Assembly: GCF_006345805.1 (NCBI RefSeq)
Contig: NC_043005.1
Coordinates: 61,008,001 to 61,072,000 of the forward strand
Origin: Octopus sinensis
Taxonomy: Eukaryota
Length of the DNA stretch: 64,000 nucleotides
Reading direction: 5' to 3'
Shown: positions 39,123-53,060 of the stretch, one piece after another
How the letters are laid out: the number at the start of each line of letters is the position of its first letter
How positions within the stretch are numbered: the first letter of the stretch is position 1
Notes under the pieces: generated by a model
What the model saw: only the letters and a program-made list of their open reading frames with translations
What the model was told of the DNA's origin: nothing
The model's database searches: none
Program-made: the position numbers and the translations under genes

Positions 39123-41285
39123 TTGACAGAGATCAATGCATGCAAACACACACACACACAACGAAATTTGTACAGAAGAAATGGAAAATAAATTCGAAGT
39201 GACTTTTCGTCTTTACAAGATTTTGAACTCCTTGCCTTAGTATACCACTGAACTACAGGATATAAAATATTTGAAATAATATAACAAAATTAGAATTGAG
39301 GAAATACCAATACAGTGCTTAAAGTCCGTTTTAGAAGAGAAAATAAATTGTAAATTGTTAATTAACTTTATTGATTACTTAATATACATGAAACATTTGT
39401 TACGCTACTACATGGAGTATGGTTACTAGTATGTCAATAGGGTAAAAAGTAAAATATTGAATATTTAGTCTATAAACTTCGAGATATCATATCTGTCAAG
39501 TTAGAAAACCTCGATACACCGACAATTTTCGAAACACAGTCAGACATATTTACACACATGCATGTATACAAGTACGCGTAAACACACACACACACACACA
39601 CAAATACACACACACATTTTGTATTTTGCTTTAACTGTGCTTCATCCGGTATCGTTAATGAAATAAATCATGTCACCTTCTTAGTTTTCTACACCTAATT
39701 TATCTAACCAGACGTTTCCTTTACATTTCCTTCAGACAAATAACAATCTCCCGTTTGATACAGACGTCAATCAGCTGTCCCCGCAAGCAACAAAAATAAA
39801 ATCGGTGATTCATGCTTAAAATGATTGGTTCTTCAAAGAAATTCATGTTTATTTTGTAGATGGCGTGTTCATTTCCTCTTTTAAAATGATTGCTATATGT
39901 CGCATTCGCATATTTTATATTTTCTTATTCTCTAAGACGTACGGTATAGTTGACTTAATATTTAAAGTGCTACGTTGAGGACATTAAGTTATACATGTTT
40001 ACATCTTTGAAATGTTGCTTCTAATTTATAAGTTCAAATCATAATGGTAATATGTGTCTAGCGTTCACGTCGGAGAAAAATAACAGATGATATTGGTTAT
40101 TAATTGTATTTTCATATCACTAGTGTTATAATGAAGTTGTCTAGGAAGGCAGACGAGCAATAACGCGCCGCATTTTTAAAATGTTATGGCTCTGATATCA
40201 TACTGGATATATAATTTCTTTCCTTGATGACATACATACAATTGATATATTTAAGACCAGACAAATTCGTTTCCTTACAATTTATACATCGTGTGATTTT
40301 CCCATTTGCTTATAGTATATACATTATACCATACTGTTCCATTTATTCCATCTTGACGATGAGGTTTTGCTTGCAATTCCATTTTCTATTTGCTCCAAAA
40401 CAAGAAACGTTAAATAATCTAGTCCATTCAACACCGTTTTATTATTATGCTACATTAGGAAAACTTTATTTTAGGTGAAAAATAACCATAAAAATAACTT
40501 GTCACCAATGAACCATAACCCTCATAGTGTATCTGACCTGGTAGCATATAGTCTGCTTTCACTCATTTTTTAAGTGTCTATTAAGTCGAGTGTGCTTACA
40601 CTTCTGGTCAACACACACTTGACCAAAAAGAACACTCAGATTTTGACAGTTGTGGTGAAAGACAGCTGCACTAGTAATCAGCTGGTGGCAAGTGCAGCAG
40701 AGTAGATTAAAACTGTTTAGAATGAAGTACCTTACTCTAAAACAGAACATACAGCAAGTCAATCCCACAAGCTAATCAAAAGACAACTGTCCTTCACATG
40801 GACATGAATTATAGTAACTCTATTTCGTAAACGCTGCACTTCATTGTGGTCGTTTAGCCCCATATTTGCCCCGATTACTTAAGCAATGCAATGATTAAAA
40901 GGTCTGGTGTCGCAACCATTCCATCTCTTTTAATTGGTAGCGGACCTTATCTAATATGGTTATGAATAACTGTTATTTCAAGCGATAACTTTGTTACATG
41001 AAGGTGTTTCTCCTCTTATTACTCATGGACTTAGCGAGTGTGTAGGCTTTATCGTGTCTCATGCATTATTGATCTAATCTATAATCGTTTAAAATCAACG
41101 ATGGGGGTTGGAGCAAAAACAGATTAAACAATTAAGTAGGGAGTTTGTCTTATAACACCACAATTCATCAGGATGTACGTCGCCCCTTAGTCCAAAATGA
41201 GTATAACAACCATGACAAAACTAATTCATTCTCATGAAGGCAGCATCCGAAATTTTCACAATTTCTTTTCAGGAAAGAACCCGAA

Positions 41286-41420
41286 TACATTATTTACATT
41301 TTACGGATCTTGTTTGTTGTTAATACACCCTTTCACCTGATATACCCTCCAGCCTTCATCAGGTGTCTAAGGGGAAATTTCGAAACTGGGTTCTCATTCC
41401 TAAGGTATTTTTCGATGTTT
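41286..41420 (-). mobile_element. Second, headless copy of the 22.2 kb HHR-tail family with a decayed HHR (41322-41367)
   Basis: Reverse complement ccttaggaatgagaacccagtttcgaaatttcccc..agacacCTGATGAaggctggagggtatatcaggtGAAAggg..ttaacaacaaacaagat matches the 22.2 kb copy. Confidence 0.85.
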
Positions 41421-41824
41421 TTATTTTAACGGGCAAAGGGACGTAACAGTTAATTTGCTTTTGCCTTTTCTATTTTGTTCTTTCTTTTTCCCATTCCACA
41501 TTTTGCTTTTACTCTCCTCTGATACTTTCTCGTGTTTTCCGGAAGATCAGTGTCTTTTCTCTTTCCGACAGAAAAATATTTACTATCAGCCATTTTGTAT
41601 ATGTAAGTCTAGCAGACTGTTTGGCAAAAGGAGGCACGCTATAAGTTCACACGTGCGCAATAATGCGTACACATCTATATTAATGTTAAAGAACAATTGC
41701 CTTATAATTTAACGCACTAATCAGTAAAAATTTTAGAAAAGTAAAAAAGAAATAAGTGGAAATTTTACCAGTCAGTGTGTTAAATTATAAGACACTAAAA
41801 GAAAATAACTCTCCCCAAATACAG

Positions 41825-41827
41825 CAG

Positions 41828-41858
<31 letters not shown>

Positions 41859-41901
41859 ATATATATGTGTGTGTATATATATATGTGTGTATATATATGT
41901 A

Positions 41902-41932
<31 letters not shown>

Positions 41933-42055
41933 ATATGTGTGTATATATATATATGTGTGTGTGTGTATATATATATATGTGTATATATGTATATATATAT
42001 ATATATATTGTTAGAATGAAAGAAAATTTTGTATATATATATATATATATATACA
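41825..42055. repeat. Compound (TA)/(TG) microsatellite
   Basis: Direct. Confidence 0.95.
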
Positions 42056-42062
42056 TATAAAT

Positions 42063-42464
42063 AGAATCTCCTGTCAAAGTAATTGTGCAGTATGTTCGAC
42101 AAATTTACATGTAAACTGCAAAACCAAGGGCACTGTATACCACATTAAGTACCAAGAAGGAGCTTGCGGGACTAACCCAGAGTCATACATAGGTGAGACT
42201 TCTAGAAGCATCAATGATAGGTTCAAAGAACACCTGAACAACTACATTGAAAGGAAGCCAAACTCCATCTTCTACCAACATGCTGTAGACTGCCACAAAG
42301 GATCCTTAGAGAAACTTAAGTTGAACATCCTATCAACACATCCCACCGATGCAATGTTGAGACAGGTCACAGAAGCTGTTTGTATACAAGAATACAAACC
42401 TACTCTCAACCGAAAATCCGAATGGAGTAACATCCAGATCCCATTCAGGAGGATTATTCTATAA
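42063..42464 (+). mobile_element. Penelope-like element 3' fragment encoding a GIY-YIG endonuclease domain
   Basis: Stop-free frame not in the ORF track (no ATG): SCQSNCAVC...CKTKGTVYHIK...C...SYIGETSRSINDRFKEH...IFYQHAVDCH...ILSTHPTDAMLRQVTEAVCIQEYKPTLNRKSEW...*. It has the VY..YIGET..R..EH and R...EA..I....P.LN hallmarks of PLE GIY-YIG domains. Confidence 0.93.
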
Positions 42465-43129
42465 CCACCCCTCTCTCTCTCTCTCTCGTTTACTTGTAAT
42501 CCTTACATACATGTTGCAATGCGTATGTGCAGTTATATATAACCGTATGAGCGTACGTTGTTTGATACGTATGTGCGTGTGTGATGCTATATAAAAAAAA
42601 AAATTTTTAATGTACATGCGTTTATGCATGCATATATAAATATAAAATACTGTGTCGGATTTTGTATGTATGTGTGTGTAAGTGTGCGTATGTATGTTTA
42701 TGCGTGTGTGTGCGTGTGTGTATACGTGTGTGTGTATGTGTGTAATAGAACATATGTATGTAGAAGTGGATTAGAATATACGAGTATTTTAAGATTATAT
42801 GTATGTTTATGAGTGTGCCTATATGATTGTGTGTACTTGCGTATATGGATATGGTTATATGTGCACAGTTGCACCTAAACGTTGTATCCATTCACAGTTA
42901 GGCGGTGATGAGAGGAACAAACCCACACCCACACACACATATATATATATGTGTGTGTGCGTCTATACAAACATATATGTGAGTATATATACAACCTTCA
43001 ACAAAGTAACAGTCATGTACACAACTTGGACGGACACATGCCAGTACACGGGCATACGTTCACATACACATACACATGTACACACTCTCACAGACGCGTC
43101 TGCCCATTCTCCTAGACACTCACATACAT

Positions 43130-43420
43130 ACGTAGCACACGAGTACAAACATACATACATACATACATACGTATGGGCATACACACGTACATACGCACGT
43201 ACATGTACGCACACACATACATGTGCACATGCATACGTGCGCGTATACATACATACGCACATGCGTACGTATGTACATACACACATACATACATACATAC
43301 ATAAATACATACATACATACATACATACGTACATACATACATACATACATACATACATACATACATACATACATACATACATACATACATACATACATAC
43401 GCACATACATACGTATATAT
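43130..43420. repeat. (CATA)n microsatellite
   Basis: Direct; source of the 147 aa and 210 aa low-complexity ORFs. Confidence 0.95.
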
Positions 43421-46400
43421 ATTTGACCTGAACTAACTAGATGTAGGGAGGGAAAAAAATACAAGTAATAGTAAAACAAAAGTTCTGTGATATAGAGATA
43501 AATGTCTGAAAATAGGTTTTTAGGGTTTTGTTTTCGGGGGTGAGGGTCGTAAATCACTTCCTAGTTTCGGCGGGGGAGGTTGAAATTTGATATTATTGTG
43601 ATGAGTGATCAGTCTACATATATCCATCACTACAAGTTTATAGCTTTATGTTTATAGTGTGAATGTGCGTGCATATACACACACCAACATGTATACATAC
43701 ATACTTACATACATACATACACAGGCGTATGTATGTACATACATACATACATGCATACATGCGTGTATACATACATACACACATACATACGTACATATAT
43801 ATGACGAACTAACTGTTACTTTCTCAGATGCAGCACGGATTTTTGTCAGTGAACAGGTCGCTGATTTTAGCGACGAAAATATTTTGACAAATTAAACTTA
43901 AATGTTGAAGTGAATCGAACGGCTTTTGTGTGTTTCTTAAATGGCTTCCAAACACCTTCCACGCTGCAATCATATAGATATACATATATGTTTATAGATA
44001 TGTTTGTGTATGTATGTATAAGAAGCCATTTGAAAATAAATTAGCAGAATGGATTATTGAATAGGTGCTTCTTTTAAACGTAACGATATACACTATATAT
44101 ATTCAATATACATTCTTACAATATATCATATATTGGTGTGCTAGGCTCCGATCAAAGTTCATTTACAGAAAGTATTGTGTCTTGTCAATAATCAATGGAA
44201 CACGTATTCCAAAAGCTCTTATGGTGAAACAGTCATATATCAAAATATACAAATTTTATTCTCTATATATTTACGTTATATATTTCCTATGGTCAATATA
44301 TATATATATATATATATGAATTTACGTATAGAATTTATTATAAGCTTTGTGTGCAAAAATATACACATTTGAAATACTGATTTATAATATTCATTTCAAA
44401 CTTTGAACATATAGATCCTAGAGAGAATAATACGTTAGTGAACATAAATTAGCGGTTACTACCTTGGATATTTAACTTAACTAGATTCTATGTTTCATTG
44501 CTTTCATTGTTCGAATGCTTTAAACTTAGTGCATAAGGCAGAGAAACTAAATTTTGTAAAACATGTTATGACTCCTCTTTTGAAGTTCCGACATAGCTAT
44601 GAATATTCTTCATTGAAAAGTATCAATTTCTTTTCATTAAGCAAGTGTTGAATTTTGAAACGAATTTGGAATAGAATATAGAATCCATTGATACTAAGGT
44701 TTTAACGGCAGAAAACAATAAGAAATAAAAGAATTTTAAAAGTAAATAATTCAAAAGCTGTTATCCTAATTATGATCTCCAGGAGTTGGTTTATTGCTTT
44801 GTGTACTTGATATGTTTCTTCTGACTAAACACTGAATTTCCGTATTGCCCGATGTGCTGTATATAGCAATTTAAATTATTATTCGAAGATTGATCGCCTA
44901 AACTTAACGGTAACTCAGGAGTTAATATGACTGGTAGCTTGCCACACGCTTCTTCTAATTATTGCAAGTAGCTATGCAATCGTGAGCAATGTTAGATGCA
45001 TTTTCGGCTCTCCCACCCTTAACATTGTGGATACAGTAGCTGGAGGGAGAGAAAACTGCACCAGAAATTGGTTTGTGCTCAAGGCCAACACCAAAACCAT
45101 TAGCCCACGTGGCTTTACATGCAAAATTCATTATTGCAGAAAAATTCTAGTATTCTTGAAAATATTTTATTGGCTTCAACTTGCAAACAAAACGTTATCA
45201 CAAATTTGGTCTTTCTCCTAAGTTCAATATTTCTGTACATTGCACGCTATATATCTCAGAAAATAGTGGTTTCATTTTAACTAAAGGTGCTTTTTCTGTG
45301 AGAACGAGCTATAGTAACATTCATAAGATTCTTAAGAGGCATAGGCAAAAGGGACAGCCGCGATTCGCGCCTCCACTTACCAATATTTTGAACCATGGTC
45401 TCTACAATTAAACGTTGTACAGATGGGAAATAGAATATTTTCGTTAAAATAAAATAACCGGAAACTAAAATATTTGGCAGTGTTTAGCTGTTATACTTAT
45501 GCTCCCGACAGACATTTTATATATTAGAAGTAATATTACTTCTCTGGTAACAATATATTTATTACGAGCATATATCTCAGCAGCTGCATTTCACTAAGAG
45601 AATACGATTTGTTATAACATGTCAGAAACACTTAAGTATACAATAATCAGTGAAGTAAAATTGATATATGTTCGTCTGGAAGTTGTGCAGCATTTATTGT
45701 TTGGTCAGTTCCTATATTGCATGTGTTTTGGCACTCAAATAACTCACCGAGAAGTTGTTATAGTCTTGAAGAAGAATATATTAAGTATGATACATGTGCG
45801 TTCACAATTTAGAGAATATGTTAATAACTAAAATGGATATTTTATGCATTGTTTTACAGCAAAGTTCTTGTTAAATTAGTTTTATGATTCACAAGTTACA
45901 CATTCAATTTTCTTTTTCATCTTCTATAAAATAATATTAAAAGTAAAGAAGAAAAGAATCGTTTGAATGAAAATATGTCATCTTGAATTACAGCCTTCCA
46001 GTAAGTTGGAAAGGTTTTCGACTTTAACTTCATGACTAAAGAAAATTACGCATGGTCACTAGTAGCATGGAAAGTGTATGGGCAGTTTTGAAAACTTAAT
46101 GATGTGATCAACAACAATAGTATCGCTTTGATCAAATCAATTGGCTTTCTTCTCCCCAGAGCGGGTTAAGTCTCAGGTAATAGTTTATTATTTTTTTTGC
46201 TCTAACAGTTTGGGTGCATTTTTATGTAAATTCGTTCGGCCATTCTTTACCTTCTGCGTCCTATACTTACCTTCTGCTTTTGTCGTTTTGCTTCTGTTTT
46301 ATCATAGAGGCAAAGCAAATATTTTATACAAATTTTGTACGATTTCATAAGTGATATATTTGTGTTTTGAAACCAATTTAAAGAGATTATTGTGTAACAT

Positions 46401-48380
46401 TTGTGTGCTACCTCAAGCGAGAACGAATAACTGCGTAGAAACTCCTTCATCATATTTTGTACCGAATTAGTTTCTTTAATGTAACTCTCGCACTACTTTT
46501 CTCTATTATTTATAATTTAAATTAATAACCCCACACATTATATTCACATGTACTTCAGTGATTGATAATGAAAGAAATGTGGCCATTTTATTTTAATTGT
46601 CTAAATATTCTATCCATTGATTGAATGAGAGAAAATAATGATTTATTTTATATTCAACTTTTTAACTATTTTTTTTTTATTTCAACCTTTCTTTTTTACT
46701 CGTTTCTTCTCTTATGAGAGCGGCTCTTTTAATTATAAAATAAAACGAAATCAATGCCTTTTCATGAATATTTTTTTCTAATAAAAGAGTATAATAAAAA
46801 TAGTACCAAATAACTATTTCGAAACATTTCTTTTTCTAAAAGGGTAATCTTTCCATTTCTCATCAAGCTGAGTAGAATAATATTAAAAGCTGTCATAGTC
46901 GTATTAAATGGTATGATTTATTTCATGTTAATTATAGGTTTGCCTTATAGCTAGTAATTACAGACGATCTATTGACACAGCAAACAGATTGACTGGGTTG
47001 AGAAATGATGTTTTCACCTTCTCTGTATAAAGCAAACGCAAATTCGATAAAGGACTGTTTGATATTCTGATATTTAATTCTCTCCAGTGATTGATACATG
47101 ATACGACCAAACATTTTACACTAACGAATAATGAGAGGAATGGCTCACGTTACCTTCTATGAATGTTGCCTATGTTGTCTGTTACGTGATCTATTTCAAG
47201 ATAGGTTAGAGTAGTATGCTGTTCGTTAATTAATATTTAGTAATTTTCCCCCTTTCACAGGATACAATTAACCGATATTTCGGGAGAAAATAGGGAACTC
47301 AATGTTGTTGATTTCATATATTTCAAAAGATGTTAATGACAATGCTATATAAAACAAATTACTTTCACCTGAAGCGCATGTTGCTCGCCAATGGAATTTT
47401 ATCACTTTATAAGTGGGCTTCTTGCCAAGCTGTCACAAAATTGAGGTTTCTGTAGACTTGGGAGAAGGCTTGATATGTTGATGAGGTTGCGGTTTCTGTT
47501 GTTTAACCTCCATACCATCCGTAATAACTTAGTTGTTGTTTCAGATGAAATCTACGCCGGCTTACAGAAATTAATGCCTCTTATTTTGAAATTGGATTGG
47601 CCAACTAATTGGGAATTCCTTCGTTAGCTAGATGATAGGAGGGAAAAGAGATTATGCGATATGCATACCTTTCAAAAATGGTTTGGTGTTAGTGATGGTG
47701 TTGAGATGGTGACATCAGTGGCGAAATGAATGTATTTGCTTCATCAGGTCTAACATGTAATGTCTCAGATTTATCTCACGACATTTTTGCTGTATGATAC
47801 CAGCCGCATGATTGTATAATTACATCTTAAAGAATACAGGGGGACCTTAACGAAATAGTTTTACTGAAACAAAAACTTATGAAAGTTTTCCTCTATACTA
47901 TCGGACCACTTGCTAGAAATATAACTTCGAATCGCTAACTTCTGCCATTACAAAACCGAAAAATATATTAGATAACGTAAGCGGGTTTCTAAGAAAATAC
48001 AGAGATAGTCCCGGCGGGAGTCTCTTTGACTGACGGTCTGCTCGGTAAGAGCTTGCTAGTGGTTAGGCAACTTCATTCTTAAAGGAATTAACTTAGGTTA
48101 CTCTACGCATGAAGGAGAGCAGGTTCAACATATGTAAGCTAATCATTGTTAACGTTGCTATCTAGGCGCGCTGGACACTGCAGTATTCCTTTTACGTATA
48201 TTTGAGTTCAGAATGTACGACAATACAGATTTATATCTCGTCCTTCAGTGGTGAATAACATAATATATGCCCGCAGCAAAAACACAATTTATGTATATAC
48301 AGAATTAAATTATTTCACATACTTCTAACTCTAGATTGTTTTCATTGCTAACTGCGAACCGGGCAATATCAATATAATCA

Positions 48381-48565
48381 AGGTGGTAAGCTGGTAGAAT
48401 CGTTGGAACACGGGGGGAAATGCTTTGCGGCATTTCGTCCGTCTTCACGTTCTGAGTTCGAATTCTGCAGAGGTCGACCTTCCCTTTCATCCTTTCGGGG
48501 TCGATAAATTAAGTACCAGTGAAACAGTGGAATCGATCTAATGGACTAATCCCCTCCCGCAAAAT
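48381..48565 (+). mobile_element. SINE family B
   Basis: aaggtggtaagctggtagaatcgttgg...cgttctgagttcgaattctgcagaggtcgacc...ggggtcgataaattaagtaccag. Confidence 0.9.
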
Positions 48566-48768
48566 TTTCTGTAGCTTCCTTTCAATTCATGCGTAGCAAA
48601 TGACATTTAATGAACGGCAGATGCATAAAAGCCTGTCGAGTGGCTTACACACTTTGTCACGCTGGTAATACTTGGGAAGTACATTAGTGTTACTCGTAAC
48701 AGTGGTGCGTGCAGCTAATCACCGATTAATTCAGAAGCAGATTATTCAGTTGATCAACAACAACTGAG

Positions 48769-48950
48769 TGGAGGCGCAATGGCCTAGTGGTTAGGGCCGC
48801 GGACTCGCAGTCGTAAGAACACGGTTTCGATTCCCAGACCGGGCATTGTGAGTGTTTATCGAGCAAAAACACCTAAGCTCCACGATCTCCGGTGAGGGAT
48901 GGTGGTGAACCCCGCTGTAATCTTTCACCACAACTGTCTTTCATTCTTTC
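48769..48950 (+). mobile_element. tRNA-derived SINE family C, 3'-truncated
   Basis: tggaggcgcaatggcctagtggttagggccgcggactcgc...ggtttcgattcccagaccgggc; matches 24308-24620. Confidence 0.9.
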
Positions 48951-49374
48951 TTCGTACTTCTGTCACAAAGCAGAGGAACCATAGTGTAACCCACTATGGT
49001 GTGGTAAACTTTCAGACTCTAGTCTACATTGCGAATCCTCTGTACCCCAGGATGGTTCAGCTTTCCACCCATTAAAAGCCACTGTTTACGGAATGAAGAT
49101 AACAACATAGCTTTCGCACCCGTGTAACCGCCAGTCTATGGCGTGTGGTGGGTGGATCTTCAAGTTGCCACATGCATTCTTAGTAGCTTAGAGTAGGCTC
49201 AAATTAGAGATTATTCTTTGTGGCTAATGGCGTGAGTCCTGACTGGAAGAAAGAGAATAGGACAAGAACTGAATCGTCATCTTCAAAGAACGTGACTTAC
49301 TACATTCACATACAAATTTTGACACGTAGCCATCATTTTGTTTTTCGCTTTGAGAGGAAGGAGGAATATATTAC

Positions 49375-49535
49375 GTCTTTCTCAGTACTTCACTGGTACC
49401 TATTTTATCGGCCTGGAGATGGATGAAAGTCAAAATCGTCCTCGGTGGAATTTGTGCTCAGAAAGTAAGGACAGATGAAATAACACTAAGCATTTTGCTC
49501 AACGTGTTAGCGATTCTGCAGCTCGCCACCTTGCG
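49375..49535 (-). mobile_element. SINE family B, decayed
   Basis: actggtacctattttatcg...gatgaaagtcaaaatcgtcctcggtggaatttg...acagatgaaataacactaagcatttt. Confidence 0.8.
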
Positions 49536-49834
49536 TTCGAAAGCGAAAACAATGCAAAATGAGAAGCGCAATATATCCCAGCTATGCATAACAATATCCA
49601 ATAGTCTGGTCAATAATATGATATTGTATGTGTGTATGCATGCGCGCGCCTCTGTATGTGCGCGTGTGCATGTTCGTATTTGACTGCATTTTCATAGCAA
49701 TTTTATGAGTACAAAAGAAAATATATACCTTCCGTAGGGCCTACAGTTTCCACTTCTTTGTCCATATTGACATGTGTCTTAAAAGTCGCCGACTTGATCT
49801 AAATTATTGATCAACGCAGCCAGCGAAAACAAAC

Positions 49835-49868
<34 letters not shown>

Positions 49869-51419
49869 CAATGTGTGCGTAGATATCTATGTATATAATA
49901 TGTATGTAAACAAACATTTGTTACTTACTGTGTCCGTTGATCAATAATTTTAGAAGAAGTGGGGAAATTGTTGGACGGAGGCGCACTGGGACACAGAGCA
50001 GATTGGGAATTGAAGACACTAAGGAAGATATATATTTAACATTACACTCATAAATAACTATCTTGTGCCATGAAAATCGATCACTAGGCCTAAAACGGGT
50101 TAGCTTGTGGCATGAAGAGATGATAGCCTCCTACGTTCAAATGATGTATTTGAAATGAAATAAAGCTCAAAGAAATTACAATTTCGAATAATGCGTTTTT
50201 GTGTAAGTATTCTAACACCTTGAACAAGTACTGAATTCCCCTTAGTATAAGTGTGGGAATGGAGAGAAAAACAGTACACTTTAATGTACAAGGCAAGACA
50301 AGAATTTGACGGTGATTGATAATAAAGGAATATAGAGATAAATCCATGCAAGTACTAGAGATGATTATCTGTCTCCCAGAATAAAAAGGAAAGTAATATG
50401 TAACTGTTGATAAATTCAACGAACTAATACGATCGTTTCTTTGGCGAGACTATTTCTAGTATTTTAATGCTATGTTTCCATGAGAATTATTCTACAATAC
50501 GTATTGCACAGACAATATTACATTAGTAGACAGTAATTGATTAGTGAGAACTTTATGTTGTAACAATATCCGTTGTTTAAACATGATTGAAATTGTTGAT
50601 GAATTAACAGCAGTACATTACTGAGACGTATTTCTGCATCTTTACAGTGGGGTGGTGTGGAAAAGGTGGAAAAAAGAATATAGATGTTTTACATCTCAGC
50701 GCATAAGTAAACAGAACAGAAGTAAATCTGATACCTTTTCTACTTTTATCTAGTTATAAAGTTACGGAGAGGATTATGATTTCATAAACAAGCAAAAGAC
50801 TACTAATTTGTACACAAAAAGTATAAGCGAGAAAATGGACATAATGACTTATTCGTTATCAGAATTACTTTCGTGTTGTATGAGTTGTATGACAGGCGAA
50901 GAAAATACGTTGAGATTTTAACTGAAATTTTGCAGGACTCTTATAAAACATTTCAGACTAATAAAGTTTGTTTTATCAATAAGCCGTGCTTAGCTCGATT
51001 CAAAGACTGCTAAGCATATCGCTGGTTCAGAGTTTTAACAAATAAAGAGAGATAAAGTCAGACCAAACTCAACCTCGGAAGTATTTTCTATCAGAATTTT
51101 AAACTTAAATTATTTGATTTCAAGTAATACTTAACATATCTATATGTGGAAACAAAGACTCTAGGCTATTGAATACATTGTTGGTAATTTGCTTTGACAG
51201 ATATGAAAAGATGAAAGCCAAAGCGAACCCAGCTTTGGAAACATTCTCAATCGGATCATTAAACTTAATCTACGTAAACTATTTGCTTTCAAGAAATAAT
51301 TAATATAGCAATATCTTATAACGGAAGAGTATGGACTATTGAATAGAAACCATAATTTTACTGTCTCTATTTATGACTGAAAATGAAAGAAAATTATAAG
51401 ACAGCTGACAGTTATTTGG

Positions 51420-51640
51420 ACTTTATACTTGTTTTAAATTTTGGAACAAAGTCAGCAGTTTTTGGTAGTGGGGTTAAGTCGATTACGTCGACTTTACGCC
51501 GACCTCAGCGTTCAACTCGTACTTATTTTATCGATTCCGCTATGATGAAAGCAATATCGACCTTGGCAGAATTTGAACGGAGAACACGAAATTCCGCTGA
51601 GCATTTTGCCTGGTGTGATAATGACTCTGCTGGTTCGTCA
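51420..51640 (-). mobile_element. SINE family B, decayed
   Basis: gtcgattacgtcgac...tacttattttatcga...atgaaagcaatatcgaccttggcagaatttgaac. Confidence 0.8.
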
Positions 51641-51767
51641 CCTTATTTCGACTTAATATTTAAAAACTAAATGAGCTAGAACGACGAACCTTTTTCAGAT
51701 AAAAGAAAATAAGAATACAGACTTTGTCTGTCAGGTTAAGGATATAGTCGATGATATTCTTTTCTAC

Positions 51768-51972
51768 TCTAGGTACAAGACCCAAAATTTTGGGGGAGGG
51801 ACCTGTCGATTAGATCGACCCCAATACGCAACTAGTACTTAATTTATCGAACCCGAAGATATGAAAGGTAAAGTCGACTTCGGCGGAATTTGAACACAGA
51901 ACGTAAAGACAGACGAAATACCTCTAAGCATTTCGCCCGGCGTGCTAACGTTTCTGCCAGCTCGCTGCCTTG
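51768..51972 (-). mobile_element. SINE family B, young
   Basis: gtcgacttcggcggaatttgaacacagaacgtaaagacagacgaaatacc..taagcatttcgcccggcgtgctaacgtttctgccagctcgctgcctt. Confidence 0.92.
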
Positions 51973-52859
51973 ATATAATCGATGATATTGATACGTGTAT
52001 ATTACAGGTACGTATATCATTGGGCCCCTCTCCCTGGATAGAGATAAACAGAGAAAAGTAACGGCTCGTATATGTGCGTGTGTGTGTGTGTGTGTGCGTG
52101 CGTGTGTGTGTGTGTTGTGTGTGTGTGTGTGTGTGTGCGTGCGTGCGTGTGTGTGTGTGCGTGCGTGCGTGTGTTTGTGTAATATAGAAAGCTTCTGAGA
52201 ATATTCGATTGTATCATATATCTAAACAGCACTTATGACTAAAGAATGTTCCTTTCATGAGTTTTATATAGTGGCTAATGTCGACATGTGTTATGCATAG
52301 TATATTGATTTCATTTGAACTAGGCACTGATACTTTCACATTTGTGGAGAGAAAGCAAACTAATTATTAAATAGCAGTTTTTACATCGTACTTAACGCGG
52401 ATTTATTAGTATAACGATAAATACTGCGGATTTTGCCTTGAGATGTCTTCTCAGATAAACGCACGTTGGTAAGATGTTGTCTGCAAGACGCGAACCATCT
52501 GGCTTCGGCGCTGGAGCTGTCAGATCTTGTGTCCCAAAGGCTTTAGATGCCCAGTGAAATAGACTCAAGTGTAGATTAAAAGCATATGAGCTTAGTTTTT
52601 GACCATTGTTATTATTATTCTACCCCACTGACACATTCCCGCAAAACAGGAATGAGACACTTCATTTAGTGGAATTCCGTGTACAATGCCATATTGCCTA
52701 GTGGTTGTTATTGGTAGCCGACAGACCAAGGCCTATTGAGAAAACCTACGTTAAGATATGTTCAAAGCCTCTCTACATAGCCTGTTTTGCTTTAAGATAC
52801 TGTAGCGGCAGATGCCTTACCCTGCGTTCTTCATTTTATAAGGGAACGGGTATTGTGTA

Positions 52860-53060
52860 ATTTTGGTTCCACTTTTTGCCACGAGGTCACCAGTTCTGGA
52901 GGAGGGGCATAGTCGATTTCATCGACCACGTATCGGATAGGTACTTATTTCATTGACCCTGATAGGATTAAAGCCAAAGTCGGCCTCGGCAGAATTTGAT
53001 CACAGAATGTAAAAACCGGCGAACCCGGTGTGCTAACGACTCTGCCTGCTCGCCCCTTTA
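52860..53060 (-). mobile_element. SINE family B, decayed
   Basis: ggaggggcatagtcgatttcatcgacc...aaagtcggcctcggcagaatttga...gtgctaacgactctgcc. Confidence 0.8.
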
